DNA of 64,000 nucleotides from contig NC_092674.1 in assembly GCF_964355755.1 (NCBI RefSeq), positions 28,086,001-28,150,000 on the forward strand, written 5' to 3'. The position numbers were made by a program, and so were the translations under genes. Positions 61,005 through 64,000 of the stretch are shown one piece after another. The notes beneath the pieces are model-generated. The model saw only the letters and a program-made list of their open reading frames with translations, was not told where the DNA came from and did no database searches. Source of the DNA: Antedon mediterranea (Eukaryota > Animalia > Echinodermata). Numbering within the stretch: position 1 is the first letter of the stretch; each line of letters begins with the position of its first letter.

Positions 61005-63464
61005 TTATATTGAATACTTCATCAACATTGAGCTGGTAGATCTCAAGCCTTGCACGCTACATATGACCACAGCATACTTATTCCCAAGACATGCCACTTT
61101 GTGCTTTATTTGTTTACCAAACCCTGTATGATTTCCCAGGCACTTTAATTCCACTGTCGTTTGAAGAACAGTGTTTGATATTTTTTGCATATGATGTAAT
61201 TGTTTGGTTGTGACAACAACCAGATCATCTTCAGAGGTGAAAGACACCGCCAGGCAATCGTTGAAGACGGCTTGATTAAATACTTCTTGACATTTACCAA
61301 GCATATCCAGAAGCTGTAGACGTTTGTTACCACTGTCGCACACAAGGAGCTCTTTATTACTGGTGATGCACATGTCACACGGCTCATTGAAGTAATCTGG
61401 TTCTTTTCCTTTGCTGCCGATTCTGGAGATGATGTTGCTCTCTTCGGTGCACATGAAAATACAGCATTGTTTTCTGTCACAGATTAAGATGTATTTATCT
61501 TCTGTTACGACCATAGCCATCGGTTGCGACAGACCGTTGATGTTGGTGGTTGTCAGTTGCTGCCAATTCTGGTCAAAGCAATGTACCTTGTAGTTGTTGC
61601 CATCTTTAAAAAGACCATATATCAAGTCATTATGACTTTGTGTTATTAACAGGCAATGCTCTGGTAGATGATCACTTGTAAGGTATCGACCATCAGAACC
61701 GATCATCAACATCTTATCTTTGTTAAATTTTCCTCTCCCACAGACAAAGAATTGATCTTTATTCATTGCCATTATATCTGTAGCTTCGCCATTCTCCCAT
61801 TTCCATGACTGGTACACGTTGATGTTAAGTTCGCCAATCAGTCTGCCTTTAAGACACAGATGAATTTTGTGATCACCCAATAAAATTGGTTTGTAGCGAT
61901 GAACGTAGACACCATTTGCGTATTTCTTCTCTGTGCTTTGCATCTTCGTTCCAGTCGGGTCTACCAGTTCTGTGATAACATCGTTTAATTTTGCGATGTC
62001 TTCGGCTTTGGTCTTTTTCACAGGAACAATCGTCAGATCAAAGAACTCATTGAATTCTGTGGTTTGATGGTAGCTGACATCGTGAACTGGGAATGGTTGT
62101 TCTAATGTGCTATCTTCTTGGTTTGGAAATGACACTTGAAGTTTGTGTATACCGCTGACGTTAGGTTTGAACTTGACGGTGTAAGTTCCATCTGTATTGT
62201 CCAATACAACAGCCGGCTCCACCAACTCACCATTTGGGTTGGTAACGGATGCATTTATCTGTAATCCACCCATTGATGACGATCCACTATCGTCAGAAGG
62301 AAGAATCGTTATTTCTGCATTCTGCTTTGTCAAGATTGCAGGAATATCAAAAGAGGTGTTTGATATGTTAACTTTAGTGTAAACCAAACCATACCCCTCT
62401 AGAATCATAGGAAGACATGCAATCTTTTCCGGACTTAATTTGTAGACTAAATAAGCATCTTTTGGCTGGTCTGGTATTTTCTGGTTAACCATCTTCTCCA
62501 GAATTGGTTTGCAGTGCTCTTGTGCAGATCTGATGCTCATGCTCTTACTCGAGTCCATCAGAGGTTTCAGATAATCCAGATCCTGACCAAGAAAGTTAAA
62601 CCTTAGAAGTATTTGTTCTTTTTCTGCCACTATGTCGTTTAAGACATCTGCTTGCATTTGTTCAATTTTGTCTAGCTGACATTTCATCCAGGAATCGATC
62701 ACCTCATCCAGCTTTTTTCGGATCTCGTAAACATGTTTTGAAGCAAGAGCAACATTTGTTTGCAAAGTGGCTTCAGACATTTTTGCTTTGCTGATGTATT
62801 CAATAGATAGAGTTTGTTTTCTCTCTGCCTCAGCGATCAATTGACTGAACTCTTCATCACGAACCTTCTGGATATCTTGAAGTTCGTCGACCTCATGTTC
62901 TGCATCAAAGTGGTTTAGTTCCTTGCAACTGGAACAAATAATTTCTTTACAATTTGTGCAGTAATAGGATAGAGTACATTGAGTGTGAGAGGAACAATAT
63001 TCAATCATTTTCAGTGTATCGATATCAGGAACTGTCAATGGGGTCACCACATGCTCTTTAAAGCTGCTCATAGTTGAATGAACCTCTGCACAGTATTGGC
63101 AGATGTCCTGACGGCAGTGACCACACCATGAGACTGCATCCTGCCCAAGCTTGCAAGCCTGACAAGATGATACAACATGTTGTATGTCTAAATCAAGTGC
63201 CTCTTTGATTTGGAAAATGTAGTCTGCTGGAACCAGATCATCCGCTTTTATCGACTGTGGCAGGAACTCTTGGCATATTGGACAACAGGTGACATTCAGT
63301 TCTTCTGGTTCTGTACTCTCTTTATCCAGAATGTTATTTATACACGATTCGCAGAATATGTGTTTGCAGCTGAGTTCTCGCGGCATGTGACCGTTGCGAT
63401 TGTATGTTACCCTACATTTTGGGCAGGAAAACAAGTTGAAGTCTTTACTCCTTTCAGAAGCCAT
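61005..63464 (-). CDS. TRIM-NHL-type E3 ubiquitin ligase (RING, 2 B-boxes, coiled coil, filamin repeats, NHL-like beta-propeller), ~819 aa
   Basis: RING CPKC...CKHIFCESC...CPIC; B-box1 CQAC...CGHC....CQYC...H; B-box2 CSSH...CTNC...CSSC...H; filamin VLDNTDGTYTVKFKP..SGIHKLQV; NHL IGSKGKEPDYFNEPCDMCI...VCDSGNKRLQ. First ATG at 63464; a splice acceptor at 63518-63519 implies upstream exon(s). Confidence 0.9.
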   Translation of the reverse strand: MASERSKDFNLFSCPKCRVTYNRNGHMPRELSCKHIFCESCINNILDKESTEPEELNVTCCPICQEFLPQSIKADDLVPADYIFQIKEALDLDIQHVVSSCQACKLGQDAVSWCGHCRQDICQYCAEVHSTMSSFKEHVVTPLTVPDIDTLKMIEYCSSHTQCTLSYYCTNCKEIICSSCKELNHFDAEHEVDELQDIQKVRDEEFSQLIAEAERKQTLSIEYISKAKMSEATLQTNVALASKHVYEIRKKLDEVIDSWMKCQLDKIEQMQADVLNDIVAEKEQILLRFNFLGQDLDYLKPLMDSSKSMSIRSAQEHCKPILEKMVNQKIPDQPKDAYLVYKLSPEKIACLPMILEGYGLVYTKVNISNTSFDIPAILTKQNAEITILPSDDSGSSSMGGLQINASVTNPNGELVEPAVVLDNTDGTYTVKFKPNVSGIHKLQVSFPNQEDSTLEQPFPVHDVSYHQTTEFNEFFDLTIVPVKKTKAEDIAKLNDVITELVDPTGTKMQSTEKKYANGVYVHRYKPILLGDHKIHLCLKGRLIGELNINVYQSWKWENGEATDIMAMNKDQFFVCGRGKFNKDKMLMIGSDGRYLTSDHLPEHCLLITQSHNDLIYGLFKDGNNYKVHCFDQNWQQLTTTNINGLSQPMAMVVTEDKYILICDRKQCCIFMCTEESNIISRIGSKGKEPDYFNEPCDMCITSNKELLVCDSGNKRLQLLDMLGKCQEVFNQAVFNDCLAVSFTSEDDLVVVTTKQLHHMQKISNTVLQTTVELKCLGNHTGFGKQIKHKVACLGNKYAVVICSVQGLRSTSSMLMKYSI

Positions 63465-63873
63465 TATTTTATCATTGATCTTGTTTAGTAATTTAGACTT
63501 GATCCCTTCCAGAATATCTACAAGGTAGAACAAAGTTGATAAACAAACATGAAAAAGTTACAATACAGTACTGTATTAATTATGATTGTTAAATTAAAAT
63601 CACACACCATTTTAGTAAATAACATTAACAATACATTAAACTCATACAGATTTTCCAATATGGATATAAAGTCAACAGGTTCCAGTATATAGTGGGAATA
63701 ATTAGGTGTAAAATCTACATATTCTAGAGTTGTTTACTATATTTCCAATGAGGGTTATTGCTCTTTACAGTACAAATAATAATTTTAGATGAGACAAAAA
63801 ATTTGATATTTGATGAGAACTAACTTTAAAAAAAAACGTTTTGGGCTAAACCAAACATACAGCATATGTAATG

Positions 63874-63990
63874 ATATACGGCTTTACCACGTTGAAACAC
63901 CGGTTCTCGTCAGATCACCGAAGTTAAGCAACGTTGGGCCTGGTTAGAGCTTGGATGGGAGACCATCTGGGAATAGCGGGTGCTGTATAC
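63874..63990 (+). rRNA. 5S rRNA-like sequence (diverged; gene variant, pseudogene or SINE3 head)
   Basis: ATATACGGCTTTACCACGTTGAAACACCGGTTCTCGTCAGATCACCGAAGTTAAGCAACGTTGGGCCTGGTTAGAGCTTGGATGGGAGACCATCTGGGAATAGCGGGTGCTGTATAC is colinear with metazoan 5S. Boxes A and C are recognisable and the termini can pair. No oligo-T in the 10 nt visible downstream. Confidence 0.8.
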
Positions 63991-64000
63991 GGAGCTGGGT

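Noticed and set aside
63465-63533. N-terminal extension of TRIM from the ORF-track TTG start
   Set aside because: Non-ATG start that crosses a splice acceptor (pyrimidine tract + TAG at 63518); the first ATG is at 63464, though an upstream coding exon cannot be excluded.

Overview
AT-rich eukaryotic (metazoan) genomic DNA, not prokaryotic. The gene set, intron structure and repeats fit a marine invertebrate deuterostome (echinoderm-like); this is an inference. Five protein-coding genes were reconstructed by hand with GT-AG sites and consistent phases: (1) an intronless KCTD8/12/16-family BTB protein (-); (2) a 6-exon, 351-aa acidic protein I do not recognise, with an MGNKCS N-terminus (+); (3) inturned/INTU (15 coding exons, +); (4) NUP54 (13 coding exons, +); (5) a RING-B-box-B-box-coiled coil-filamin-NHL TRIM with a single-exon CDS (-). 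A diverged 5S rRNA-like copy lies at the window end. The rest is dense in repeats: two PIF/Harbinger-type MITE families (one nests into itself), Kolobok-, Tc1/mariner- and HINE-like elements, a Deu-domain-like SINE fragment, tRNA-like heads, several minisatellites, and a 3.7-kb internally deleted Mutator-like element with a dead PHD+FLYWCH ORF in NUP54 intron 1. There is no CRISPR array, and I see no clear-cut novel multi-gene system. The best leads are the unrecognised gene, the intronic 5S-like element, the PHD-FLYWCH MULE relic and the self-targeting, CCAAT-carrying MITE family.
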